64,000 nucleotides of DNA from Patescibacteria group bacterium. GTDB lineage: Bacteria > Patescibacteriota > Patescibacteriia > S139-126 > S139-133. Position 1 is the first letter of the stretch, and every line of letters starts with the position of its first letter. A program made the position numbers and the translations under genes. This document shows, piece by piece, positions 18,877 through 27,844 of this stretch. The stretch spans positions 56,455-120,454 of the forward strand of contig JBMYTV010000002.1 in assembly GCA_049604715.1 (NCBI GenBank), in the 5' to 3' direction. The notes under the pieces were generated by a model, which was given only the letters and a program-made list of their open reading frames with translations, made no database searches and was not told the DNA's origin.

Positions 18877-19371
18877 TTAGAATTTGAGATGGATTTTTAG
18901 CGCTCTGTTGGTAGTTGCCTGAATTTCAGTAACCGGCTCATCAGCATCTACCCACTCAATCCTCCGCATAGGCAATCGAACAATGTACTTATTGCCAATG
19001 AAAACAAAAATATAGTCCAGAAAACAGGCATCTTTTACCACACGAAGAACCATTCCTTTGGTTAACTCGATTGGAACTTCAAGTTCCTTAAACACCGGCT
19101 TCCGTTGCCTACCAGGAAATGCCATTCTTTCTGCCGCACGAACTGCACTCATATCACCGAGCTTGCTAAAATCAACAACCTCGCTAACATATGCCCAGGA
19201 ATTAAAGGCGCTGGTTATATTAATAGCACCAATTCTACTCGGCGATGTGATACGAATCTTAGTAGAACGAGCGGTTCGTTTTTTTGAATCTGACTTTCTC
19301 CTCCTTCCTTTACCTTTTTTCTTTTCTTCACCATTTTCTTTCTTTTTGCCTGGTCTAATCAGCTTTGCCAT
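18877..19371 (-). CDS. hypothetical protein with Lys/Arg-rich N-terminal tail and conserved-looking C-terminal domain
   Basis: The track ORF starts at 19494 (205 aa). The internal Met (MAKLIRPGKKKENGEEKKKGKGRRRK) at 19371 has a GAGGG Shine-Dalgarno 7 nt upstream. The 41-aa hydrophobic extension from 19494 has no Shine-Dalgarno, but sits only 8 nt after the ftsW stop. The true start is ambiguous. Confidence 0.4.
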   Translation of the reverse strand: MAKLIRPGKKKENGEEKKKGKGRRRKSDSKKRTARSTKIRITSPSRIGAINITSAFNSWAYVSEVVDFSKLGDMSAVRAAERMAFPGRQRKPVFKELEVPIELTKGMVLRVVKDACFLDYIFVFIGNKYIVRLPMRRIEWVDADEPVTEIQATTNRALKIHLKF

Positions 19372-19502
19372 AGCACCCTCGCTGTAGTTAGTGAATGTGA
19401 ATTGGATTAAATCAACTAGATATAGATATGAGTTATAAAAGATCAAAAAAATTAAACCTAAAAGGTTTAATAATAAATACCAATTTTCTCTCATTTTGTC
19501 AA

Positions 19503-20675
19503 CTACTGTTTCATCTGCCGAGAAATACTCAAAACCAAGCCTATACTGCTCAGGTTAATAGCCAGTGCTGTTGATCCATAAGATACAAGTGGCCATGGCA
19601 CACCAGTAAGCGGAAGAAGGCCAACCATAGCACCGATATTAACAATTGTCTGCCACCCAAGCCAGGCTACTATACCTATAGCCAGAAGCGATGCATAGGT
19701 ATGTGGTACTTTTCCAGCCACTTGAAATCCACGTATAAAATAGTAAACAAACAAACCAACTATAATGAGTGTAAACAAAAATCCAAGCTCTTCTGCCATC
19801 ACAGCGAAAATTGAATCGCCATACACTTCAGGCAAATATTGGAACTTTTGCCTTGAATGCCCAAGTCCCTTACCAAAAAAACCTCCAGAGCCAATAGCAA
19901 GCAAAGCTTGATTAATATGATACCCAAGTCCTTGTGGATCAAGTTCTGGATTGAGAAATGTTGTTAAGCGCGCTGCACGGTATGGAGCTGCCTTAATAAG
20001 TAACCACACAGCTGTCATCCCTCCAACTCCAAGCAATGCCAGATGACCAAGATGACCACCAGCCACAAAGTACATTGTCAGAGCAATAAGCACAAAAATT
20101 CCCATAGTGCCCATGTCAGGTTGCAAAATAAGTAGACCCCCAACAACACAAAGCACAATCACAAATGGGATAAAAGTTGTTTTGAAATCTTTTATATAGT
20201 CTTTCTGCTTTGTTAGCCATGCAGCTAAATATAGCACAAACGTGAACTTCACAACCTCTGATGGCTGAAAAGAAAGTGGTCCCAAGTTCAGCCAACGACT
20301 TGCACCAAGACGCGTATCACCAAATTGCGGGATCAGTACTAGGATGAGAAGTACAAGAGAAAATAAAAAAATGTGAAACGACCACTTTTGTAGCCATTCT
20401 ATCGAAATGTTATACAGCACAATAGCACCAACAACCCCCAAAAATACTCCTTGCATGAGTTGTTGCTTTAAAAAGAAATAACTATCATCAAACTGCCGCA
20501 AAGCCACAACAGATGAAGCTGATGTCAAGATCATAAGTCCTAGCAGAAGCAGTAAAAACGTCATACCAAGTAACACATAATCAGGGTGAGTATGTTTTTC
20601 TTTTGATATAAACTTTACTATCCACTTTTGTAGTGGCGCAAAAAGAGAGCGTTTTTTCCTACGTTTTTGTTTCAT
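19503..20675 (-). CDS. ftsW: SEDS-family peptidoglycan glycosyltransferase (FtsW/RodA); FtsW by dcw context
   Basis: 390 aa, about 10 TM helices, typical FtsW/RodA/SpoVE sequence, immediately downstream of murD. Confidence 0.8.
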   Translation of the reverse strand: MKQKRRKKRSLFAPLQKWIVKFISKEKHTHPDYVLLGMTFLLLLLGLMILTSASSVVALRQFDDSYFFLKQQLMQGVFLGVVGAIVLYNISIEWLQKWSFHIFLFSLVLLILVLIPQFGDTRLGASRWLNLGPLSFQPSEVVKFTFVLYLAAWLTKQKDYIKDFKTTFIPFVIVLCVVGGLLILQPDMGTMGIFVLIALTMYFVAGGHLGHLALLGVGGMTAVWLLIKAAPYRAARLTTFLNPELDPQGLGYHINQALLAIGSGGFFGKGLGHSRQKFQYLPEVYGDSIFAVMAEELGFLFTLIIVGLFVYYFIRGFQVAGKVPHTYASLLAIGIVAWLGWQTIVNIGAMVGLLPLTGVPWPLVSYGSTALAINLSSIGLVLSISRQMKQ

Positions 20676-20689
20676 GGGGAATAAAAATT

Positions 20690-22108
20690 TTAGAGTGCGC
20701 GTACTGCTTTTTCAAAAAAATCTCCGCGCTCAAATTCATGTGTAAAACTTGCAAAACTAGAAAATCCAGGGGACAACAACACAACTCCCTTTTCTGGTGT
20801 TTTTTCCAGTGCAAGCGCTACAGCCTCATCCATAGTTGGAGTATGAGCATATGCTGCATAAGCTCTATCATGAAGTGCTTTTTCTAGCATAGCACTACCC
20901 TCACCGGGCAGAAGAGCTACAAACAATGCTTTTTTAACAATAGTATCTGCAAAATCATCAACAGGAAGTTTTTTGTCAAAGCCACCGGCAATGAGAAATG
21001 ACTTTTCATCAAATGCCTCTAACGCGAACTGAGCTGCGTCTGGTGCTGTAGCAGTTGTATCGTTGTACCATATACGTTTCTGAAATTCTCCAACACATTG
21101 CATACGTGCCGGCAGTGCTTTATAGGATCGTATAGCTTTGACTATTTGCTCTTTTGTAACATCAAAAAGCCGAGCTACAAGCGCTGCAGCTGCAGCATTT
21201 GCTCGGTTATGCTCACCTACAAGTGGTATGTCTTCTGCATGAAGAATGGTCTTTTCTTCTCCATCTAATACTTCTCTAAGCTCGTCATCAAGCCAATACA
21301 CCCCCTTTTCAACAGACTTTCTTGTAGAAAATGCTAATTTTTGTGCTTTGTTAGTATCAGCCAGAGTAGCCGCGTACTCATTGTCAGCATTATAAACAAA
21401 AACATCATCAGTTGATTGATACTTTTCTATAACAGACTTTGCTGCTATATAATTCTCCATTGTCTTATGCCTGTTCAGATGTTCAGGAAAAATGTTAGTC
21501 AGCACACCAACATGTGGACTTCTGTGGATAGCATCCATATCTTCAAGTTGCCAAGATGAAAGCTCAAGAACAACAAACGGAATAGTTGGATCTTCATTCA
21601 CAACATCAATGATCTCAAACATTGGTGTGATCTTGATATTGCCCGCCACTGGCACTGTTGGATAAGTAGTATGTATCATATCCCCCAGCATAGATGTTGT
21701 TGTGGACTTGCCCTTACTACCCGTAATACCAATGATCGGCTTCTCACAAAGTAAAAAAAATAGACTTGCCTCATTGTAAACAGGCACATCATGAGCTTTT
21801 GCATGTAAAATGTACGGCGAGTCAACTGGTACATCTGGATTTTTAATAACCAGATCTGTATTTTCGAAATCTTCCTCCCGATGCTCACCAAAAACATATA
21901 TGAGTTTACTTGCAGCGCCGAGCTGCTCAGCAACTACTTCTAATTTTTCTATAGATGGCTTAAGCTGATCTGATGTTTTAAGGTCAGTAACAACAACGTG
22001 CTTAGCGTGCTGCAATAACCACTGCGTCACAGACAAACCACCGCCATGAAGTCCAAGTCCCATGACGGTTACTGTTTTATCTTTTATATACTGATCAAGT
22101 GGATTCAT
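20690..22108 (-). CDS. murD: UDP-N-acetylmuramoylalanine--D-glutamate ligase
   Basis: Mur ligase with the MurD-type N-terminal Rossmann (VMGLGLHGGGLSVTQWLL..HVVVTD) and a central GITGSKGKSTT P-loop. Confidence 0.85.
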   Translation of the reverse strand: MNPLDQYIKDKTVTVMGLGLHGGGLSVTQWLLQHAKHVVVTDLKTSDQLKPSIEKLEVVAEQLGAASKLIYVFGEHREEDFENTDLVIKNPDVPVDSPYILHAKAHDVPVYNEASLFFLLCEKPIIGITGSKGKSTTTSMLGDMIHTTYPTVPVAGNIKITPMFEIIDVVNEDPTIPFVVLELSSWQLEDMDAIHRSPHVGVLTNIFPEHLNRHKTMENYIAAKSVIEKYQSTDDVFVYNADNEYAATLADTNKAQKLAFSTRKSVEKGVYWLDDELREVLDGEEKTILHAEDIPLVGEHNRANAAAAALVARLFDVTKEQIVKAIRSYKALPARMQCVGEFQKRIWYNDTTATAPDAAQFALEAFDEKSFLIAGGFDKKLPVDDFADTIVKKALFVALLPGEGSAMLEKALHDRAYAAYAHTPTMDEAVALALEKTPEKGVVLLSPGFSSFASFTHEFERGDFFEKAVRAL

Positions 22109-22881
22109 ACAATAGTTGCCAAAAATGCACCAACGCCATACGCAATTACTGCTGCAATACCACCAACAAAGAGCATTTCAAAACCTGCTCTAAACCAATG
22201 GTAATCAACCAAGCGAGTGCGTAGTGCTCCGACAGTAAATAGCGCAGCAAATGTCATACCAATAGACCACGAAAAGCCATTTTCCTGTATACCTGGAATA
22301 AAGTATGGTATGAGAGGTAAAAAGCCAGCAATAATAAACGATACCCATGTGACTATTCCATGACGAATTGGAGTAGAGTCGGTCTCTTCAATAACACCAA
22401 GTTCGTCCTTGAGCATAGTATCTACCCATACTTTTTTATCACTAGTAATAACCTCTACCACGCGATCTAGGTCTGGTCCAGTAAATCCTTTTTTTGCAAA
22501 AATTTCACGCACCTCTGCCTTTTCTTTTTCAGGCACATGCTCTATCTCCCAGAGTTCTTTTTTCTTAAGCTGTCTGATAAAACTTTCTTCTGATTTCTGA
22601 CCCAAATAATTTCCAAGCCCCATACTTGCTGCATCTGCCAAAAGACTAGCAACACCGAGCACAATCACAATATTGGCTGAGAGCTCAGCGCCAGCAATAC
22701 CTGCCACAACAGCAAATGTGGTTATAATACCGTCATTTGCAGCAAAAACAGCGTCAGCTAAATACTGACCCTTTTCTTGATTGTGCCAATCTACGACAAC
22801 ATCCGGATCTGCAGGATCCTTGCCATTTGCCTTGCGTTTCCATTCTTTTGCTAGTCGCCTTCTTTCTTCTGGTGTAAACAT
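22105..22881 (-). CDS. VIT1/CCC1-family (vacuolar iron transporter-like) membrane protein
   Basis: 258 aa with NDGIITTFAVVAGIAGA and LGVASLLADAASMGLGNYL motifs typical of the VIT family. Overlaps the murD stop by 4 nt. Confidence 0.65.
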   Translation of the reverse strand: MFTPEERRRLAKEWKRKANGKDPADPDVVVDWHNQEKGQYLADAVFAANDGIITTFAVVAGIAGAELSANIVIVLGVASLLADAASMGLGNYLGQKSEESFIRQLKKKELWEIEHVPEKEKAEVREIFAKKGFTGPDLDRVVEVITSDKKVWVDTMLKDELGVIEETDSTPIRHGIVTWVSFIIAGFLPLIPYFIPGIQENGFSWSIGMTFAALFTVGALRTRLVDYHWFRAGFEMLFVGGIAAVIAYGVGAFLATIV

Positions 22882-22903
22882 ATGGTAATTATATCACGAA
22901 ATA

Positions 22904-23284
22904 TTATGTGTGTAATCTTGAAAAAAACTGCTTAGCAGAAGCAACATCCGCAGATATTTCCTGTATTAACTCCTGCTCTGAACTCATGTCCTTTGTTGTT
23001 CTGTGTAGTTCAAGTAATTCTACATTATAACTACCAGCACCATACGCATCATCCCAATCAAGTATATGCACTTCTACAGTTGCCTTAATTTGATTGAACA
23101 AAGTACTTGGACCAATATGCGTGATACTTGGTATGCTTTTGTGCATTTTTGTATTGCAATAGGAAAACCAGACTCCATATAAGTCTGGTGAAATATTTTG
23201 TGTATCAAGATTGATAGTTGGAAATCCAAGTCGTGTACCGTCACCTCTTCCTACGACTTGTATTCCAGAAATTGTCACAGACAT
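22904..23284 (-). CDS. monofunctional riboflavin kinase (RibF C-terminal-domain-like)
   Basis: 126 aa. GIQVVGRGDGTRLGFPTINL...HILDWDDAYG...VELLELHR matches the riboflavin kinase beta-barrel motifs (PTAN, E.H..DF). Confidence 0.6.
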   Translation of the reverse strand: MSVTISGIQVVGRGDGTRLGFPTINLDTQNISPDLYGVWFSYCNTKMHKSIPSITHIGPSTLFNQIKATVEVHILDWDDAYGAGSYNVELLELHRTTKDMSSEQELIQEISADVASAKQFFSRLHT

Positions 23285-23285
23285 A

Positions 23286-24338
23286 CTAACCAGTGATACC
23301 TAGGTCAAGTAAAAATAAAATAAGACCAAGTGTTACACCAACGCCTGATATTACCCAAAATCGCATAACAACCTTTGGCTCTGACCACCCAAGCGCTTCA
23401 AAGTGGTGATGAATTGGCGCTGATAAAAATACCTTTTTTCTACGAAACTTCTTTGATAGCACCTGAATAATAACAGACAACGACTCTACAACCAGCACAA
23501 GTCCGATGATCGGCAAGAAAAAGAGCGTGTCCGTCAACATAGCAATAATACCAAGCGTAATACCAAGACTCATAGATCCGGTATCTCCCATAAAAAACCG
23601 CGCCGGGTTGATATTGAACCACAAAAACGCTAGTAAACTACCAGCAATAACACCGCAAAGTGTTGCCAGATCATAGTTCCCTTGAATAAATGCAATAGCG
23701 CCATACGCCCCAAACATAGACATCATCACGCCCCCAGCCAAGCCATCAAGTCCATCTGTCTCGTTCACGGAAAAACTCGTAGCAACTATAACAAAGATAA
23801 AAAGTGGGATATACCACCACCCAAGAGTGAAGTCTCCAAAAAAAGGAACATGGATAGTATCAAAACCAAGCTTTACATAAAACCAGTATGCACCAACTAT
23901 AGCAATAACTGTATATAAACCAAGACGATAAGGGATGCTCAAACCTCCACCATCAACACCCTTGCCTGTAACAGTAAAATAATCATCAACAAGCCCAACT
24001 GCAGCACCCAAAAGCATTGCGCCAAGTGGGAGCCAGGTTTCTGATCGAGATACAAAATTAAAAAATCCAAGCCACTCAGTTTCCCATACTCTCCAAGAAA
24101 CAAACAGCACAGCAGCAAGTACAAATACGGTTAACCAAACCAAAACACCTCCCATTGTTGGGGTGCCTGACTTTTTTGAATGAAGTTTAGAAAAAATTGG
24201 TGTTTTCGCACTTGAACGAATGTTTTTGCCAAGCTTATACTTGTACAAAAAATGAGACAGGACAGGTGTCCAGCTCATAGCTAAGATAAATGATAATGCT
24301 GTCAGTGTACCGATTTTAACTAATGCCAAATGTTCCAT
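23286..24338 (-). CDS. mraY: phospho-N-acetylmuramoyl-pentapeptide transferase
   Basis: 350 aa polytopic protein with the MraY signatures NINPARFFMGDTGSMSLG and VVESLSVIIQV. Confidence 0.9.
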   Translation of the reverse strand: MEHLALVKIGTLTALSFILAMSWTPVLSHFLYKYKLGKNIRSSAKTPIFSKLHSKKSGTPTMGGVLVWLTVFVLAAVLFVSWRVWETEWLGFFNFVSRSETWLPLGAMLLGAAVGLVDDYFTVTGKGVDGGGLSIPYRLGLYTVIAIVGAYWFYVKLGFDTIHVPFFGDFTLGWWYIPLFIFVIVATSFSVNETDGLDGLAGGVMMSMFGAYGAIAFIQGNYDLATLCGVIAGSLLAFLWFNINPARFFMGDTGSMSLGITLGIIAMLTDTLFFLPIIGLVLVVESLSVIIQVLSKKFRRKKVFLSAPIHHHFEALGWSEPKVVMRFWVISGVGVTLGLILFLLDLGITG

Positions 24339-24341
24339 ATA

Positions 24342-24746
24342 CTACACCAAATAATATAATAATGCGCTTATTTGCATAAGCGTCAAAAGCTGCACTAATA
24401 CAGTAATATATACTACTATATAACTGTATAAACGTCGAGTGAAAAAAAGCTGAGACGCTAAGAAGAAATTGATTATAAAAATAACTGTTCCAAAAAAGGC
24501 ATATCTTAAGATAGACCACCACGGACCAACTCTATCAATACCAAAATAAACAGTATAATGCCACGGTATAATATTGTCTCCAAGTTCAGCTTGCGCACTC
24601 AAAAGCCAAAGCCCGATCATAAGTACAAACGAACCACCAATGCCAAACAAAAAAATACGATCACGCCACAGTACCTGACTCACTGCTTTTTTTAGAACTT
24701 TGCTTACAGAAAATTTCATACCTACCTTCATCCTAGCACAATGCAA
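24342..24746 (-). CDS. hypothetical membrane protein
   Basis: 134-aa ORF with 3-4 hydrophobic helices. No motif recognised. Confidence 0.3.
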   Translation of the reverse strand: MHCARMKVGMKFSVSKVLKKAVSQVLWRDRIFLFGIGGSFVLMIGLWLLSAQAELGDNIIPWHYTVYFGIDRVGPWWSILRYAFFGTVIFIINFFLASQLFFTRRLYSYIVVYITVLVQLLTLMQISALLYYLV

Positions 24747-24827
24747 AAAAATTCTCTATGCACCAACTCTATTTAGTTGTTACTAAAATTTATGGTATAA
24801 TGAGCACATAACAAGCACTATTTCCCC

Positions 24828-26612
24828 ATGCTTGATGATAAACAAATAAAAGAAATTTTACTTGGTCTTAAACTTACAACCAAGGAAGAATTCCCTACAC
24901 TAGAAAAAGATGCGAAAAAAGCCAAGATGTCACTTGAGCAGTTTTTGTATAAGAAAAAAATTATCACAGAAGAGTCGCTCTATGAGATGTACGCAAAGCA
25001 ACTTGACGTACCGTTTGTTAACTTAAAAGAAATGCCTGTGCGCAAGGATATTTTGTTCACACTACCAGAACCACTTGCACAAACACACCAAACAGTAAGT
25101 TTTGATGCAACCGACGACCTAGTAAAGATCGCCACACTCAAACCAGACGACATTCAGATGGTAGACTTTTTGCAAAAAACTACTGACAAAAAGATTAAGG
25201 TCTACTTAACCACACCAAGTGCACTACAAGAATCTCTAAAGCAGTACCAAAAAAGTTTGGAAGCAGAATTTAAAGATATTACGAAAGTTGGTGATGATAC
25301 AGCTGAATTAACTGAAGCAGACCCAGAACAAGCTGCACAAGACGCAGCCAAGGGCGTATCTGGTGGAGACAAAGACCTACATGAACTTGCACAAGATCTA
25401 CCAGTTATCCGCATTGTCGATACACTTCTTGAATATGCAATATTTGAACAAGCATCAGACATTCATATCGAACCAATGGAGAAGAATGTTTTAGTTCGGT
25501 ATCGTATTGATGGTATCTTGCGAGATGTTATGACACTACCAAAATCTTCACAAACCGGTATTGTTGCTCGCATCAAGATTCTATCCAATCTAAAGCTAGA
25601 TGAACACAGGCTACCACAAGATGGTCGATTTAAAGTAGAAAAAGATAACTATAAAGTAGCATTTCGTGTTTCTATTATCCCTGTATATGATGGTGAGAAA
25701 ATTGTTATGCGTCTTTTGAATGAGTCAGGACAAGTACTAGGACTTGAAGATCTTGGATTCCAACCAAAGCCACTAGAACTAGTTAAAGCAAACGTAAAAA
25801 AGCCTCATGGTATGATCTTGGTAACAGGCCCAACTGGTAGCGGTAAAACAACCACGCTGTATACAGTTATGAATATTTTAAACTCTCCTGAAGTAAACAT
25901 TGCAACTGTAGAAGATCCGATTGAGTACCACATGCCTCGTATTAACCAAAGTCAAATCAACCCAAAAATTGACTTTACATTTGCGGCTGGTCTTCGAAGT
26001 CTACTTCGCCAAGACCCTGATATTATTATGGTTGGTGAGATTCGCGACCTTGAAACAGCAGAAATATCTATTCACGCTGCCATGACAGGACACTTGGTAT
26101 TATCTACCCTTCACACTAATAGCGCAGTTGCAACTATCCCCCGCTTACTTGATATGGGTATTGCTGCCTTTTTGGTGGCATCCACAACCAATATTATTAT
26201 TGCACAGCGCTTGGTGCGTAAAATCTGCCAAGACTGTATTACTAGCTACAACCTTACAGAAGAAATGATTAAAGACCTTGAAGCACAGTTTGATGTACCT
26301 GATGTTATGAATACGCTTGAGCGTGAAAAAATCATTAGCGATAAAAACACTCCAATTGATAAGCTGCTATTTTATCGCGGAAAAGGGTGTAAAAAGTGCG
26401 GAGAAACAGGCTATAAAGGACGAATAGGCATTTATGAAGTTCTAGAAGTTACTGACATTATCACCAAGCTCATTATGCAAAAAGCAGCAGTACCAGAACT
26501 ACGCCAGGCTTCTCTTGACCAAGGAATGCTTAGAATGATTGAGGATGGATTTATAAAAGCAAAGAACGGCGTTACAACAATTGAAGAAATTCTCCGCGTA
26601 TCTAAACAGTAG
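24828..26612 (+). CDS. pilB: type IV pilus assembly ATPase PilB/GspE family
   Basis: 594 aa with an N-terminal GspE_N-like domain, Walker A VTGPTGSGKTTTLY, Asp box, His box and the tetracysteine motif (CQDC...CKKCGETGY). Confidence 0.9.
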   Translation: MLDDKQIKEILLGLKLTTKEEFPTLEKDAKKAKMSLEQFLYKKKIITEESLYEMYAKQLDVPFVNLKEMPVRKDILFTLPEPLAQTHQTVSFDATDDLVKIATLKPDDIQMVDFLQKTTDKKIKVYLTTPSALQESLKQYQKSLEAEFKDITKVGDDTAELTEADPEQAAQDAAKGVSGGDKDLHELAQDLPVIRIVDTLLEYAIFEQASDIHIEPMEKNVLVRYRIDGILRDVMTLPKSSQTGIVARIKILSNLKLDEHRLPQDGRFKVEKDNYKVAFRVSIIPVYDGEKIVMRLLNESGQVLGLEDLGFQPKPLELVKANVKKPHGMILVTGPTGSGKTTTLYTVMNILNSPEVNIATVEDPIEYHMPRINQSQINPKIDFTFAAGLRSLLRQDPDIIMVGEIRDLETAEISIHAAMTGHLVLSTLHTNSAVATIPRLLDMGIAAFLVASTTNIIIAQRLVRKICQDCITSYNLTEEMIKDLEAQFDVPDVMNTLEREKIISDKNTPIDKLLFYRGKGCKKCGETGYKGRIGIYEVLEVTDIITKLIMQKAAVPELRQASLDQGMLRMIEDGFIKAKNGVTTIEEILRVSKQ

Positions 26613-26618
26613 CCATTT

Positions 26619-27839
26619 ATGAAATTCCACTACACTGCACGCGACCGTGAAGGCAATCTTGTTTCTGGTGATACAGAAGCAGAATCACGTGAAGCGCTTG
26701 CTAAACAATTACAAACTGATGGGTTGTTACTCACCTCAGCTGAAGCGCAGGGTGGTAGTTCTGTGTCACTTCAAAAAATTGTCACAAAACTCAAAACTAT
26801 TGGCACCATCCCACTTGAAGAGAAAATCTTTTTCACGCAAAATCTTCATGTCATGTTGCATTCTGGTATTTCCCTTTCAGTTGCTATCAAAACATTAGCT
26901 AAACAAACTAAAAATTTACGATTCAAAAATGTACTAAACGACATAGAACAATCTGTTGAACAAGGCACAAGCTTTGCGCAGAGCCTTGCAAAACATCAAA
27001 AAATATTTGGCGAACTATTCGTCAACATGATTGAGGCTGGTGAGACATCAGGTCAACTTGAAAACACACTCATCCAGCTTCATACACAAATGAAAAAAGA
27101 CCACAATCTTATCAGTAAAGTTCGCGGCGCTATGATCTACCCAGCAGTGGTTATCGTTGCAATGGTTGGTGTGATGATTGTGGTTGTTACATTTGTTATT
27201 CCAAAAATTACTGATTTGTTCACGGAAGCACGCGCCGACCTGCCACTACCAACCAAAATACTGATCGTAACAAGTGACTTTCTTATTAACTACGGCGTGT
27301 GGGTGATTATTTTTCTTATATTACTTGCATTTGGATTTTTCAAATTTATCAAGACAGAGCGCGGCAAAAAGATTTGGCACAAAATACTTGTTAAGGGACC
27401 TATTGTAGGGCCAATTATCAAAAAAATTAATTTAGCTCGTTTTTCCCGTACACTTAGTTCGCTTATCAAAACTGATATTCCAATTGTGAAAAGTTTTACT
27501 ATTACATCAAAAACAGTCGGTAACTATTATTACAAAAACATTACCCTCACTGCAGCTGAGCAACTAAAAAAAGGTAGTTCTATTACGACCACACTTGCAA
27601 CTGATGAAGATCTTTTCCCGCCACTTATCACTCAGATGATTTCTGTTGGTGAGGAGAGTGGTTCTCTTGATGATATTTTAGAAAACTTAGCTATTTTTTA
27701 TGAAGAGGATGTGACTGACACTATGGCGAACTTTTCTTCTATTATCGAGCCTGTGCTGATTCTCATTCTAGGCCTTGGTGTAGGAGCTATAGCAGTATCA
27801 GTTATAATGCCGCTATACTCTCTTACACAAAACATTTAG
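26619..27839 (+). CDS. pilC: type IV pilus platform protein PilC/GspF family
   Basis: 406 aa with two GspF repeats and 3 TM segments. Confidence 0.85.
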   Translation: MKFHYTARDREGNLVSGDTEAESREALAKQLQTDGLLLTSAEAQGGSSVSLQKIVTKLKTIGTIPLEEKIFFTQNLHVMLHSGISLSVAIKTLAKQTKNLRFKNVLNDIEQSVEQGTSFAQSLAKHQKIFGELFVNMIEAGETSGQLENTLIQLHTQMKKDHNLISKVRGAMIYPAVVIVAMVGVMIVVVTFVIPKITDLFTEARADLPLPTKILIVTSDFLINYGVWVIIFLILLAFGFFKFIKTERGKKIWHKILVKGPIVGPIIKKINLARFSRTLSSLIKTDIPIVKSFTITSKTVGNYYYKNITLTAAEQLKKGSSITTTLATDEDLFPPLITQMISVGEESGSLDDILENLAIFYEEDVTDTMANFSSIIEPVLILILGLGVGAIAVSVIMPLYSLTQNI

Positions 27840-27844
27840 TGACT

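Noticed and set aside
19372-19494. 41-aa hydrophobic N-terminal extension of the 18877 ORF
   Set aside because: No Shine-Dalgarno upstream of the 19494 ATG, whereas the internal Met at 19371 has a GAGGG Shine-Dalgarno. The extension is probably not translated. It remains uncertain because it sits only 8 nt after the ftsW stop.
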